This document shows positions 45,037-54,543 of a stretch of DNA of 64,000 nt, piece by piece. The stretch is from positions 1-64,000 of IMG/VR virus record IMGVR_UViG_3300009370_000007, one strand, 5' to 3'. Position 1 is the first letter of the stretch, and the number at the start of each line of letters is the position of its first letter. The notes below the pieces were generated by a model. The model was not told where the DNA came from and did no database searches. It saw nothing but the letters and a program-made list of their open reading frames with translations. Both the position numbers and the translations under genes were made by a program. The stretch is from a virus.

Positions 45037-48000
45037 GGATCAATCGGCCAGTTTGGTCTTGCTGTTGTAACTCCTGCCTCATCTGTTTCAAAAGCACCAA
45101 GGGTTCCAGTAGCAGTTTGTGGTGTCGCGGGATCGTGAACAATTCCGGTTCCTTGATTAAATACTATATAGCTCACAAAGAAATAATCCCATTCTAATGG
45201 GTCAGGATACGGAGCCCCTTCACCGTCAACTTTGTCCATTGGATTAAAATGATTAGTTGAAATTGTGGTAACTTCAGTATTTGGAACAATTGCCTCCCTA
45301 TATGAAAGATACCCAGTTCGCTTACTGTCAATTTCAATCCAAGGACGATACCTAAAGTCATGTGTATTATTTATTCGAGCACCAGGGCCAACTGGAGTAT
45401 CAAATCCAGTAATTTTATTTGGATAAGTTGGTTGAATTTGATTATCAAATGTCATTGCACCATAGGCACCTCCCGATACTGATGGAACATCTTCAAAGCG
45501 CGGACTCTCAGTTGAAGCAACAGAGGCAGAGTAAGATTGAAAGTTAAATGGCTGATTTCTTCCTTCAAGTTCTCCCTTAAGGAACCACCACATACTACCA
45601 TATCCATGTCTGGTATCTTCTAGACTTGCTTTATACCATAATGGATACCCATTGGGCCATAATTCCATGTTTTGAAGACAATTTGAAAAAGTCATCCACG
45701 GGGAAATTTGAGAATAGTTTCCAGTATTCTGGGTGGTATAAGTATCACTATCCCACATCTGAGTAATGAAAAAATTCTTTAATGGAACATTATCCCATAG
45801 AAAATTATCCCAGCCACCCATATAGGAACGTGGCATATGTTCCTGCTCTGCTGGATTAATTGATTGGTTCGGTCCTTCTTCGGTCCCGCCAGTTCTCCAA
45901 CCTCCCGAGGAATCTCCGGCTGGAGCGTCGATGTTAACTCCCAGTTTCCATCCATCATTGTCTTCTGGATGCCCAAAATTACTTGAAAGATTTCCTCCTG
46001 GGGTCGCATTAAGAACTCCTGGGTGGTCCCCTTGACCGGATGCAGTTGAAGACCGATTATATTTCATTTCGGCACCACCATTACCATATTGACCAATCCA
46101 TGTTGGATCATTATGAGGGTTGCCCGATCCGCTTATAAATGACAAAACTGTACCACCAGTACCCCCTCCACTTGGAGTGCCAATAGGAAAATCCCAAGAT
46201 TCCGGCCCTGGTGGAAAGAAATTATAAATGTCACTTACATTAACAGAAGGAATATCACTTCGCGGAGATGTTGACGGCCAACGGCTAGCTGTGCTCGTGG
46301 CATTGCGCGCAGAACCTCTCGCAAAACCAAACATAGAAGACATCGGCATTTTGATTGGAACTGTGCTAATGCCACGATAATTATAGCTTCCTGTTTTTAA
46401 ATATTCTTCAAGCATGATCCTATGTTCCGGCGGCCAATATCGGACATCAGAAGGAGCCTCATTATCGAGCTGCATACCGTTCCGAGCCCCCGCCCACCCA
46501 GACCGAGGAAGATAATACTTATCGCGTCCATACAAAGTCCACATATAATTACCACCCTGATTATAAGAACCAACAAAATTGGGATCATGATAGTAATCAA
46601 AAATAGAACTTCCGGCTCCGGCTGGAAACTCTGACGAATTTTCTTGAAGAGCAAGATCATGATTAAATGCTCCATGACCAGTATGTTCTTTATAGTGTCT
46701 AGTAGGCCATTCCCCCGTAAAGGGGCCATCATCATGTGCCGTGCTTGCATCCATAATATTTAATCCATGATTTGGATACTCGCCCGAGCCTGCTGAACCG
46801 TCACCAGAATAATCAGATGCAATAATTCTTCCTCTGTCCCCTTTGCCAGTATTCCATGCATTATAATGAGCATTTGCATTGTTTGTAGAAATCATTGCAT
46901 TTGAAGTTGATTTGTCGTTCCAGGCCTGAATAATTAATTTATCATTATCAACATAATATATTAGCCCCCAAGTTTTTTGTTTCCAATAGCCCGTTCTACC
47001 GGGAGTCTTATATTGAGTTTTATTAATAGATTTATCAATTCTACGATCAATGCTTCCAAAGGGAGCATCCATTTGGGCATAACTTTGGGGAGTAAATGCA
47101 TTTAAATTTGAACGGTCGAGATTCAAATTAACGTGCCAACCATCTGGACGAACCAAGGTTTCCCATTGAGTTCTTGGATAATTATTTGGTTTTGACCGTG
47201 AGTTTATTGCGGCCCAGGGATGTTTTCCATAATGATCTCCTAGTTGATGCGTCTCTGGAGCCCCAGTAAGGTCTTCACCGACAATTTCTCCTGTGCCTAC
47301 TCCAAATGACATTCCATGAATTGTCCCATGTGGAAATTCGCTCCCTGGATAATCAGGACCAGAACTATCTTGGCCTTCATCTTCTCCTGAAATTGCAGCC
47401 ATATTACCATATTTAAATACATCTGTTATCGTTCCATCAGGATTTTTTTGCACCTTTCCTTGTTGAATATAATCATCTATAAATTTTAATGATTGATGTT
47501 CTGTGTTTATTGTTCCTCCAATTACATTTAGTTGCTTTATCCAAACAGAATCCATATATTTCAATATCTGTGAATTTGCAGAGTCGGCATAATTTGGATG
47601 AAAATGGCCTGAACTATTACATACTGCAAATTGTAACATTACCATAGGAATTATATTTTCTGTACCCGGAGTTTTAGATGCACTAAAATCTATAGATACA
47701 TTTGTACGATTTCCTGCATGAAAAACTGGATCTCTTCTATGCTTATATCCAGCCAAGATGGCGCTTCCTTGCTGAACAACAAACATAGAGCTTTCCACAT
47801 AGGTTGAACTGTCAAATATTAAATTTCCTGAATGTGCAATCTCATTATCAGTTACATCAATGCCCGGAGCAGAAACAAACAACCCCGCTGTTCCTTTTGA
47901 AGACAAAGAATTGTTTTCTACTATAATAGGAAAAAAATTTGTATTAAGCGTGAGCTGCCCGGGGATGTTAGGGTATACATCTACCCAAGGACCCTTTATC

Positions 48001-48221
48001 TCATCAAAACCAGTTGCAAGGACAATTCTTTCTTCAGGGTCGCCTGAACTAGATTGCCTAAAGTGAACTTCATGGCCTATTCTCCACCCGGCAGCCTGAT
48101 CTTTACTTATTGTCAAATAATATTTGATACGAGCCGGGGAGCCTACTGCATTATCATTAGATGCAATTGTTGATTCTGTAGGAAGGTCTTTATTTCCAAG
48201 TATTATTCTAGGGATTGCCAT
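45009..48221 (-). CDS. Large virion/tail protein, RIILG-family paralogue 3 (1070 aa)
   Basis: PRIILGN...GLFVSAPGIDV...LIFDS...SYIVF scaffold with G/P/W/Y-rich insertions. Confidence 0.65.
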   Translation of the reverse strand: MAIPRIILGNKDLPTESTIASNDNAVGSPARIKYYLTISKDQAAGWRIGHEVHFRQSSSGDPEERIVLATGFDEIKGPWVDVYPNIPGQLTLNTNFFPIIVENNSLSSKGTAGLFVSAPGIDVTDNEIAHSGNLIFDSSTYVESSMFVVQQGSAILAGYKHRRDPVFHAGNRTNVSIDFSASKTPGTENIIPMVMLQFAVCNSSGHFHPNYADSANSQILKYMDSVWIKQLNVIGGTINTEHQSLKFIDDYIQQGKVQKNPDGTITDVFKYGNMAAISGEDEGQDSSGPDYPGSEFPHGTIHGMSFGVGTGEIVGEDLTGAPETHQLGDHYGKHPWAAINSRSKPNNYPRTQWETLVRPDGWHVNLNLDRSNLNAFTPQSYAQMDAPFGSIDRRIDKSINKTQYKTPGRTGYWKQKTWGLIYYVDNDKLIIQAWNDKSTSNAMISTNNANAHYNAWNTGKGDRGRIIASDYSGDGSAGSGEYPNHGLNIMDASTAHDDGPFTGEWPTRHYKEHTGHGAFNHDLALQENSSEFPAGAGSSIFDYYHDPNFVGSYNQGGNYMWTLYGRDKYYLPRSGWAGARNGMQLDNEAPSDVRYWPPEHRIMLEEYLKTGSYNYRGISTVPIKMPMSSMFGFARGSARNATSTASRWPSTSPRSDIPSVNVSDIYNFFPPGPESWDFPIGTPSGGGTGGTVLSFISGSGNPHNDPTWIGQYGNGGAEMKYNRSSTASGQGDHPGVLNATPGGNLSSNFGHPEDNDGWKLGVNIDAPAGDSSGGWRTGGTEEGPNQSINPAEQEHMPRSYMGGWDNFLWDNVPLKNFFITQMWDSDTYTTQNTGNYSQISPWMTFSNCLQNMELWPNGYPLWYKASLEDTRHGYGSMWWFLKGELEGRNQPFNFQSYSASVASTESPRFEDVPSVSGGAYGAMTFDNQIQPTYPNKITGFDTPVGPGARINNTHDFRYRPWIEIDSKRTGYLSYREAIVPNTEVTTISTNHFNPMDKVDGEGAPYPDPLEWDYFFVSYIVFNQGTGIVHDPATPQTATGTLGAFETDEAGVTTARPNWPIDPWTGQPLHD

Positions 48222-48222
48222 T

Positions 48223-49272
48223 TTATCCTGATGCTCCCGGTTCTCTATAAATTATATATCCAAGTTGAAATTTACATTCCGTACTTGCATTATAAAAATA
48301 TAAATCAATTTGTGGTAGACTTCCATCTGTTGCAGTAGTATCAATTGAAGTTTGAGCCCAACAAAAATCACCGGGCATCTTCAATAAATGTGACGATCTT
48401 CTAAAAATGGGACTCGGCTGGCCGCCAACAGGAATAAAATCTCCGCCGCCTCCGGCCTCCCAGTTTTCCCAACCCGGAATTCTAATATGCGATACATCGG
48501 GGACGGTCGTGAAAACGGTAGAATCTCCTATTGAAAACAGAGCTTCCATTACCCCCCCAACAAAAACATCGAAACCACCAATATCAATATTTTCTTGTAT
48601 CATTCCAGGCCCGGCATCGGGGTCATATGGATCAAAGGTGTCGGTACTAAGTCCCCAATTTAATGCATCTTCTAAATTCTCCGGCGAAACCGGAGTTTGC
48701 CACCAAGCAAAATTAAATGCAGAAGGATCATTTGTGATACAAGTGTTACTTAAATGATATGGATGATCGTTTGGATATTGCCAAAATGCCTTTCGTCCTC
48801 CATGTTCCCATTCTCCAGTATGAAGTGGATTATATCCATTTGGAAGTCCATAACTATCTACACCATCTCCATCCCAAGAATCTGTTCCTTGTCCTCCCAT
48901 TGCATCATATACGTTTGAACCAAAATCTTTTCCTAATCCAGCAGCAATAAACCATTGAACCATTACTGGAGAATCTCCTCCGGTTCCAGGGCCAGAATGG
49001 CGAGGGGCTTCAATGTCAAGTCCTTCTATTTTAAGCTCAAACGGCGTACCAAGTTCCGGCGACACGTCAAGAAGAGCACTACCCGACGCCAAAACTTGAA
49101 GAAAACCAGATTGTGTTCCATCAGTAGAAAATAACAAGTCCGTTGCATTACAAGTCAAGGCATCAAAACCAGGCCTTGAAATATAAACTCCGGTATTATC
49201 TTGACGATGATACTCTTCGGGAAAATCTCCAGTAGATGATCCAGTATTTCCAATTAAAATTCTATTGGGCAT
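48223..49272 (-). CDS. Virion/tail protein, RIILG-family paralogue 2 (349 aa)
   Basis: NRILIGN...GVYISRPGFDA...LLFST...GYIIYREP. Confidence 0.65.
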   Translation of the reverse strand: MPNRILIGNTGSSTGDFPEEYHRQDNTGVYISRPGFDALTCNATDLLFSTDGTQSGFLQVLASGSALLDVSPELGTPFELKIEGLDIEAPRHSGPGTGGDSPVMVQWFIAAGLGKDFGSNVYDAMGGQGTDSWDGDGVDSYGLPNGYNPLHTGEWEHGGRKAFWQYPNDHPYHLSNTCITNDPSAFNFAWWQTPVSPENLEDALNWGLSTDTFDPYDPDAGPGMIQENIDIGGFDVFVGGVMEALFSIGDSTVFTTVPDVSHIRIPGWENWEAGGGGDFIPVGGQPSPIFRRSSHLLKMPGDFCWAQTSIDTTATDGSLPQIDLYFYNASTECKFQLGYIIYREPGASG

Positions 49273-52200
49273 TATACATCAATTCCTCCCATAGCATCTA
49301 AATTCGCCGGAATTCTTAATACATAATATCTATATCTACATTTTCCTGTTGATTCATTATTGTTAACTAAATCATAACTTTGATTTTGCTTCCACACTTC
49401 AGTCCCATCTACATTATCATCATCTCCAGAGAAATAATTTTCTTCATATTGACTGACTCCCCTTGGATGAAATATTCCCTCGGTTGCCCTACCAGGATAT
49501 TCCTGTTCTTCATCATTTCCCTGTACCCATCGAACCATTGAAGAATATCCTCCGGCTGGAGATACCCCCTTAAGTGTTGGTTCATATGCCATATTTACCA
49601 TTCCCCCAGGAGGCCAGAATTGAACATGACAACCATAACCAGTCCCAACTCCTAGTTCTGGCGTAGCAACTCGATATTCTGCTTCATTAAAAAAATAATA
49701 ATTCTCTCCCCAGGGGTCGGAAATGCCGTTAGGCATTAGTGGTTCATTACTACTATTGTCTTCAACTAGTATCTGCCGAGGATCTCCCCACCCCCAAAAT
49801 TTTGCAGTATTACCCACAGTATTATCTCCATCTCCTTCTGCATACCAGTTATTATTTTCATCATTATAACGGCCTCCACCTTTAGGACATATATCTGCAT
49901 TATTTTGGTGCAATCTTGCATTGCGACCATATAGCATATCATCTCTACCCCATGATACTTTACCATATCGCGTCATTCGACTAGAATACGGTTTCCATCC
50001 AGATTTAAGTGCTCCAACAGCAGGAACATTAACATTTTGCATTGTTCCCATAGTACCGAATGCTTCTGCAATAGAACTATCTAATTGTGCTTGTGGAGAT
50101 CCGTCGCCGGTCTCGGGGCCTCTCCAATCCGTAAATACCTCTGCTAGATATTGAGTATCTCTAGATGTGTAAACCGGCGTCTCAACTCCATCAATGAACT
50201 CTAAGCGGGTGATAATACTCTCATTAGGATCGCGCTGACGAGCCACATGAATAGATTCGCTATTCATTGGCTCTACTGGCCAAGTTTGGGCTCCTCCCCA
50301 ATCCCAAGGTGGTTTTGAATTTTGATAAAATCCAGCAGTTCCACCATAACTAAATCCGGGTAACATTTCATGACGCTGATCTCCTTCTGTTCTTCTGCCC
50401 GGAGCCACCACAGTTCCAGATAAATTTTTAAAGAAATTAGTTCCATACCAACCCCAATCACTAATATGTTCGGCAGTATAAATGCTAGGGGGCAATACTC
50501 CATTTGCAGTATGATCTTTTTGGTCCCACATTATTTCTAATGACGAGGGTTTCGGGGATTTCCCAGGAGCAGCATTTGGATCACCAGCAGCAAATTTTCT
50601 ATATGTTGGTCGAGTCCAAGTGCCATGTGATTGTTCTTCGTATCCTTCTCGGCCCAAAGCCCCTCTTGCAGTAATTTCAAATTTATCGCTTCCGGCTCTA
50701 ACATATGCAAATGTTCTCATTTTGAGTGTTTCTATAATCATCCATTTATAAACTGCTCCTGGGGAAACATTTATTTGAGCCAAATTTGGATACCCTTCTT
50801 GAGTTGTCTGATCGCCAACGCCGGAGTTGTCCTCTCCCATAGTGTCGGTTTTTGATACATAGTGTAAATCTCCCCAAAGACTAAAAAATCTTGGGCCCTC
50901 ATTTGGTTTTTCACCAGCCACGAAACCCATTGGAGATACCATACGACCTCCCAAATAATTAGAATCTCCCCATTTTCCGTGGCCCATTGTAGGTCCGTAT
51001 TCTATTCCAGTATAAAAATGATTTTGGCGGCTGCTTACGGACTGAGGAGGATATATTGGCCTCCCGTTTTCATCTACAGATCCGTAGTCATATCCTAATG
51101 CTTCGAGTTCGGCTTGCAACGCCGCGAAGAAGACTCCGTTCGTCCCGTCAATAGGAAATCCCATTGGATGATTCACAGTAGCTCCTGTTGGGACTTGTGG
51201 CCAGCCATCCCTATAGATTCCACGACTCCCTTCATCGCCCCAAATATTTTCAGAGGGATTCCGATTACCTCTATCGCCATTAATATTATCACCCCTAAGA
51301 AAAGGATTATCATAATCGGGTAATGGTTCTCCTATTGGATTATTATATTGAGATTCACTTCCAGAATGCACAGATGAACCACCAATAGGATACCCAGGCC
51401 TCCATGATCTTTGTTGTCCCCAAAACATAGGAGACATAAAAGAAAAATTTTGAGTTAGAGCTTGATGGCCGGTTTCAGATAAGTCCGTTTCGCCCCAAGG
51501 AGACATGGGATGGGACTCATATCTATGACCGTAGGCCGTGACGGACGAAGAGATATGCCTCCCCCCTTGAGGCATAAGACCAAACTGAGATGCTTGATTC
51601 AATCCCTCATGTACTGTTCCGGGTCGTGGATCAATTGGACTAAAGTGCGTGGAAGACGACCAAGGAGCGTCTGCAAGAACCTCATCGGGGTCTATCCCAG
51701 AATATCCATATGGTGGGGGCATTCCAACTGCATTCGGACCGAACCAACGACTACGAAAAACATCTGCAAAATATTCCGCTGTCACCCCGCTTGTATCTGA
51801 AGGCATCGCGCCGGCCGAGAGGGCCCCCCATGCGCCTGCTCCATAGGTATATAATTTATTATAGGGCGTGGCGTGTGAGCCAGAAGGATAACGGCCATCA
51901 TACTCAGTATCATAATCCCAACACGTTGGAGTTTCCAAGGCACCAGAAGGAAAAGAAACAGCACAAGGATGTTCATATATATCTTTAAAATTATTGCGAC
52001 CGACTACCGGGCTATTTAATCTGGTCCAGATACCAGAAACTTTCGGTGGGCGACCAGTACCATCCCAATTAGATAATGCAAGATTTCGACCGGCAATGTC
52101 ATTTTGATATTGCACATCACTCCACCAAGCATCATATCCGGGGTGCCAGGATTCCGATGGGGATGTCTCTCTTTGAGCTTTGTGATCGGGATAATCTGCT

Positions 52201-54524
52201 CCTTCCCCCCGATTCATAAAATTGCCGAGCTTTCCAAACCAATTAGTTTTACCCGGAGGAGAAAAATCTTGACTGTGACGAAGAGTGTTTCTGTGCAGCT
52301 TATAATGATTTTCAAAAATTCCATCCCGGCCTGTTGACTTAATTCTCCTCATTGCCCAAGAATATGACATTCCTCCATGACCACTCGGCAAAGTTGGATC
52401 AGTATGGGAACTTTTATATTCTAATAATCCCATATTAAGTTTGTTGCCCAAAGTACCACAATAAGAAATATCCAATATATTGCTTGGATATGCAACCACC
52501 GGATCTGTAGATTGCCCATCATATCGTTGAAATAAAATAAAAGGAATATAAGGAAGTGGATCTGCAAGATGAACAACTCCTGTTGGGCTGCTTCCTTCAC
52601 TTCCCCAATCGGATCTTCCTCCTTCTGCTCCAACATCTGTTGCATCCGTTCCTACTGTGACAATTCCTGTTTGGTGAATAAGTCCAGAAAACTGCGGATC
52701 AATACCACCAACTTGCCCCGTGGCAAACTGTAAATTTTTCCATGAGTTTGGATGGGCAGGAAGCCCATATGGCACGTCGGCTTTTTTTGCTCGAATAGAT
52801 GCAATTTCATAATGAGTTCCGCCAGCTTCACCACCGGCATCAGCATTAAATTGAAACCTAACTCCTGCAATTTTTGCAGGTTGAATTGTTCCTCCATAAC
52901 CATTAGTAGCCGGAAGCCGTTCTCTCGCTGAAAGATATGGAAATCCATAAAGATCCGATCCATTAAGGGCACTATCATCCTTGCTATTCCAGTTCACTCC
53001 ATTAGGAGTATAAACTGCATACTCAGGCAATGTCCAATTACTAATTTCTTTTTTTGATCCAATATAAGAACTGGAAGTAGAAGACACATCAACTTCATTC
53101 GTTTTGATTAATTTATCAATTTCAGTAATGGTAATAGCTGCGCCTCCCTGAGTGTTATAACTTAAAGCTGGAGTATATCCGTAAAGGTATGTTGGTTCTC
53201 CAGCGTTCGCAACATCTACTGGGCTTTGCGTAAACACTATTCGATTAGAATTTGTAAGGGGATATTCTTCAACAAAAGCTGCTGTTACCGTGTCAACTAT
53301 ATTTGAATTTTTATAATGAAGTTCAAACGTATCTCCTACGTTGATTCCCGATATATCAGTTTCTCCTTTATCTCCATTTAAAATATAATAAATTAAGTCT
53401 GAATTAGTACCTTGCCATGACCAATATGCATCACGAACTTTAAATACTTTATCAGTCAGACTTGATGATGGCACACCACCACCATATGCAGGATCTATTC
53501 TAAAATCCCATTCAAGAGTTTTCCATTCCCCGGGTGTTCCGGCTTGATCTCTTTCCTTTATAGAAAGATGTTCATTAAGAGTATATGTACTATTTTTATT
53601 AAAGTGAGGAACAGATATGCTAGAATCCAAACGAGAATCATAATTATGTGGTTCAGACTGAAATGACCTACTTCGATTTACAACTACTGTATCAGAATTT
53701 AAAAGTTCTGCATACGTTATGCTCGGCGTTACATCTGGAACGGCAGCATTAGGTATAAAAGTATCATAATAATTCATAAACCCAATATCATCTGTTCCAA
53801 CTGGAGGAAATGCCCAATTACAAGCAAGATAAATGAATCCCCCGGCAGTACGAGTAATTCTACTTCGATATATTATTTTTTCGCCGGATTTATCATACCC
53901 CTTTGGTATAGTCAAAATAAGATCAACAACATCCCCCCGATACCACCAATCATCCACATCATCTGAGTAGGGCCAGGTTGCAAGTGTGGTACTAAGATCA
54001 GTTCCACTAAATTTTAATTCAATTTCCTCTGATTGAAGTCCTTGAATTCTATAATAAGTATATTCTCCAGGCGTTGGTTCAAAGTGTCCCAATTTTGAAT
54101 TCATGTAAGAATGACGAACAACCGACACACTCATTTCACTCGTTGCCGGTTGACCGTATCTAATATTTCTCACATTCATTTCAAGAATTGGATAAGTATT
54201 TCCATCTGCTTCAAATGTATGTATTGTATCTCCAGTCCTTTCAGTAGGCCACTCAGGACTATAAAGAAATGCGCCATCTCCAGTTTGCTTGAAGATCAGA
54301 CTTCCGCCACCATTATAAACTGGGTTATTAGGATTGTCCCATTCTATGGTTGCATTCTCGGCAGTCCAACCTGTAGTTGCCTCCATCTCTGCAAAATCTT
54401 TACTGGCAGTTTCGTCAAAGGCCCCAGGGATGGACACAGCTCTCACATTGGAACCGGGTTTTGAAATCCACAGCCCATGATCTCCGGCATCATTTCTTCC
54501 TAGTATTACTCTATCAGTAGACAT
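49272..54524 (-). CDS. Large virion/tail protein, RIILG-family paralogue 1 (1750 aa)
   Basis: DRVILGR...GLWISKPGSNV...NLQFAT...YIPFILFQ...RYYVLRIP. Confidence 0.65.
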   Translation of the reverse strand: MSTDRVILGRNDAGDHGLWISKPGSNVRAVSIPGAFDETASKDFAEMEATTGWTAENATIEWDNPNNPVYNGGGSLIFKQTGDGAFLYSPEWPTERTGDTIHTFEADGNTYPILEMNVRNIRYGQPATSEMSVSVVRHSYMNSKLGHFEPTPGEYTYYRIQGLQSEEIELKFSGTDLSTTLATWPYSDDVDDWWYRGDVVDLILTIPKGYDKSGEKIIYRSRITRTAGGFIYLACNWAFPPVGTDDIGFMNYYDTFIPNAAVPDVTPSITYAELLNSDTVVVNRSRSFQSEPHNYDSRLDSSISVPHFNKNSTYTLNEHLSIKERDQAGTPGEWKTLEWDFRIDPAYGGGVPSSSLTDKVFKVRDAYWSWQGTNSDLIYYILNGDKGETDISGINVGDTFELHYKNSNIVDTVTAAFVEEYPLTNSNRIVFTQSPVDVANAGEPTYLYGYTPALSYNTQGGAAITITEIDKLIKTNEVDVSSTSSSYIGSKKEISNWTLPEYAVYTPNGVNWNSKDDSALNGSDLYGFPYLSARERLPATNGYGGTIQPAKIAGVRFQFNADAGGEAGGTHYEIASIRAKKADVPYGLPAHPNSWKNLQFATGQVGGIDPQFSGLIHQTGIVTVGTDATDVGAEGGRSDWGSEGSSPTGVVHLADPLPYIPFILFQRYDGQSTDPVVAYPSNILDISYCGTLGNKLNMGLLEYKSSHTDPTLPSGHGGMSYSWAMRRIKSTGRDGIFENHYKLHRNTLRHSQDFSPPGKTNWFGKLGNFMNRGEGADYPDHKAQRETSPSESWHPGYDAWWSDVQYQNDIAGRNLALSNWDGTGRPPKVSGIWTRLNSPVVGRNNFKDIYEHPCAVSFPSGALETPTCWDYDTEYDGRYPSGSHATPYNKLYTYGAGAWGALSAGAMPSDTSGVTAEYFADVFRSRWFGPNAVGMPPPYGYSGIDPDEVLADAPWSSSTHFSPIDPRPGTVHEGLNQASQFGLMPQGGRHISSSVTAYGHRYESHPMSPWGETDLSETGHQALTQNFSFMSPMFWGQQRSWRPGYPIGGSSVHSGSESQYNNPIGEPLPDYDNPFLRGDNINGDRGNRNPSENIWGDEGSRGIYRDGWPQVPTGATVNHPMGFPIDGTNGVFFAALQAELEALGYDYGSVDENGRPIYPPQSVSSRQNHFYTGIEYGPTMGHGKWGDSNYLGGRMVSPMGFVAGEKPNEGPRFFSLWGDLHYVSKTDTMGEDNSGVGDQTTQEGYPNLAQINVSPGAVYKWMIIETLKMRTFAYVRAGSDKFEITARGALGREGYEEQSHGTWTRPTYRKFAAGDPNAAPGKSPKPSSLEIMWDQKDHTANGVLPPSIYTAEHISDWGWYGTNFFKNLSGTVVAPGRRTEGDQRHEMLPGFSYGGTAGFYQNSKPPWDWGGAQTWPVEPMNSESIHVARQRDPNESIITRLEFIDGVETPVYTSRDTQYLAEVFTDWRGPETGDGSPQAQLDSSIAEAFGTMGTMQNVNVPAVGALKSGWKPYSSRMTRYGKVSWGRDDMLYGRNARLHQNNADICPKGGGRYNDENNNWYAEGDGDNTVGNTAKFWGWGDPRQILVEDNSSNEPLMPNGISDPWGENYYFFNEAEYRVATPELGVGTGYGCHVQFWPPGGMVNMAYEPTLKGVSPAGGYSSMVRWVQGNDEEQEYPGRATEGIFHPRGVSQYEENYFSGDDDNVDGTEVWKQNQSYDLVNNNESTGKCRYRYYVLRIPANLDAMGGIDV

Positions 54525-54543
54525 ACACTATATATTCCTATAA

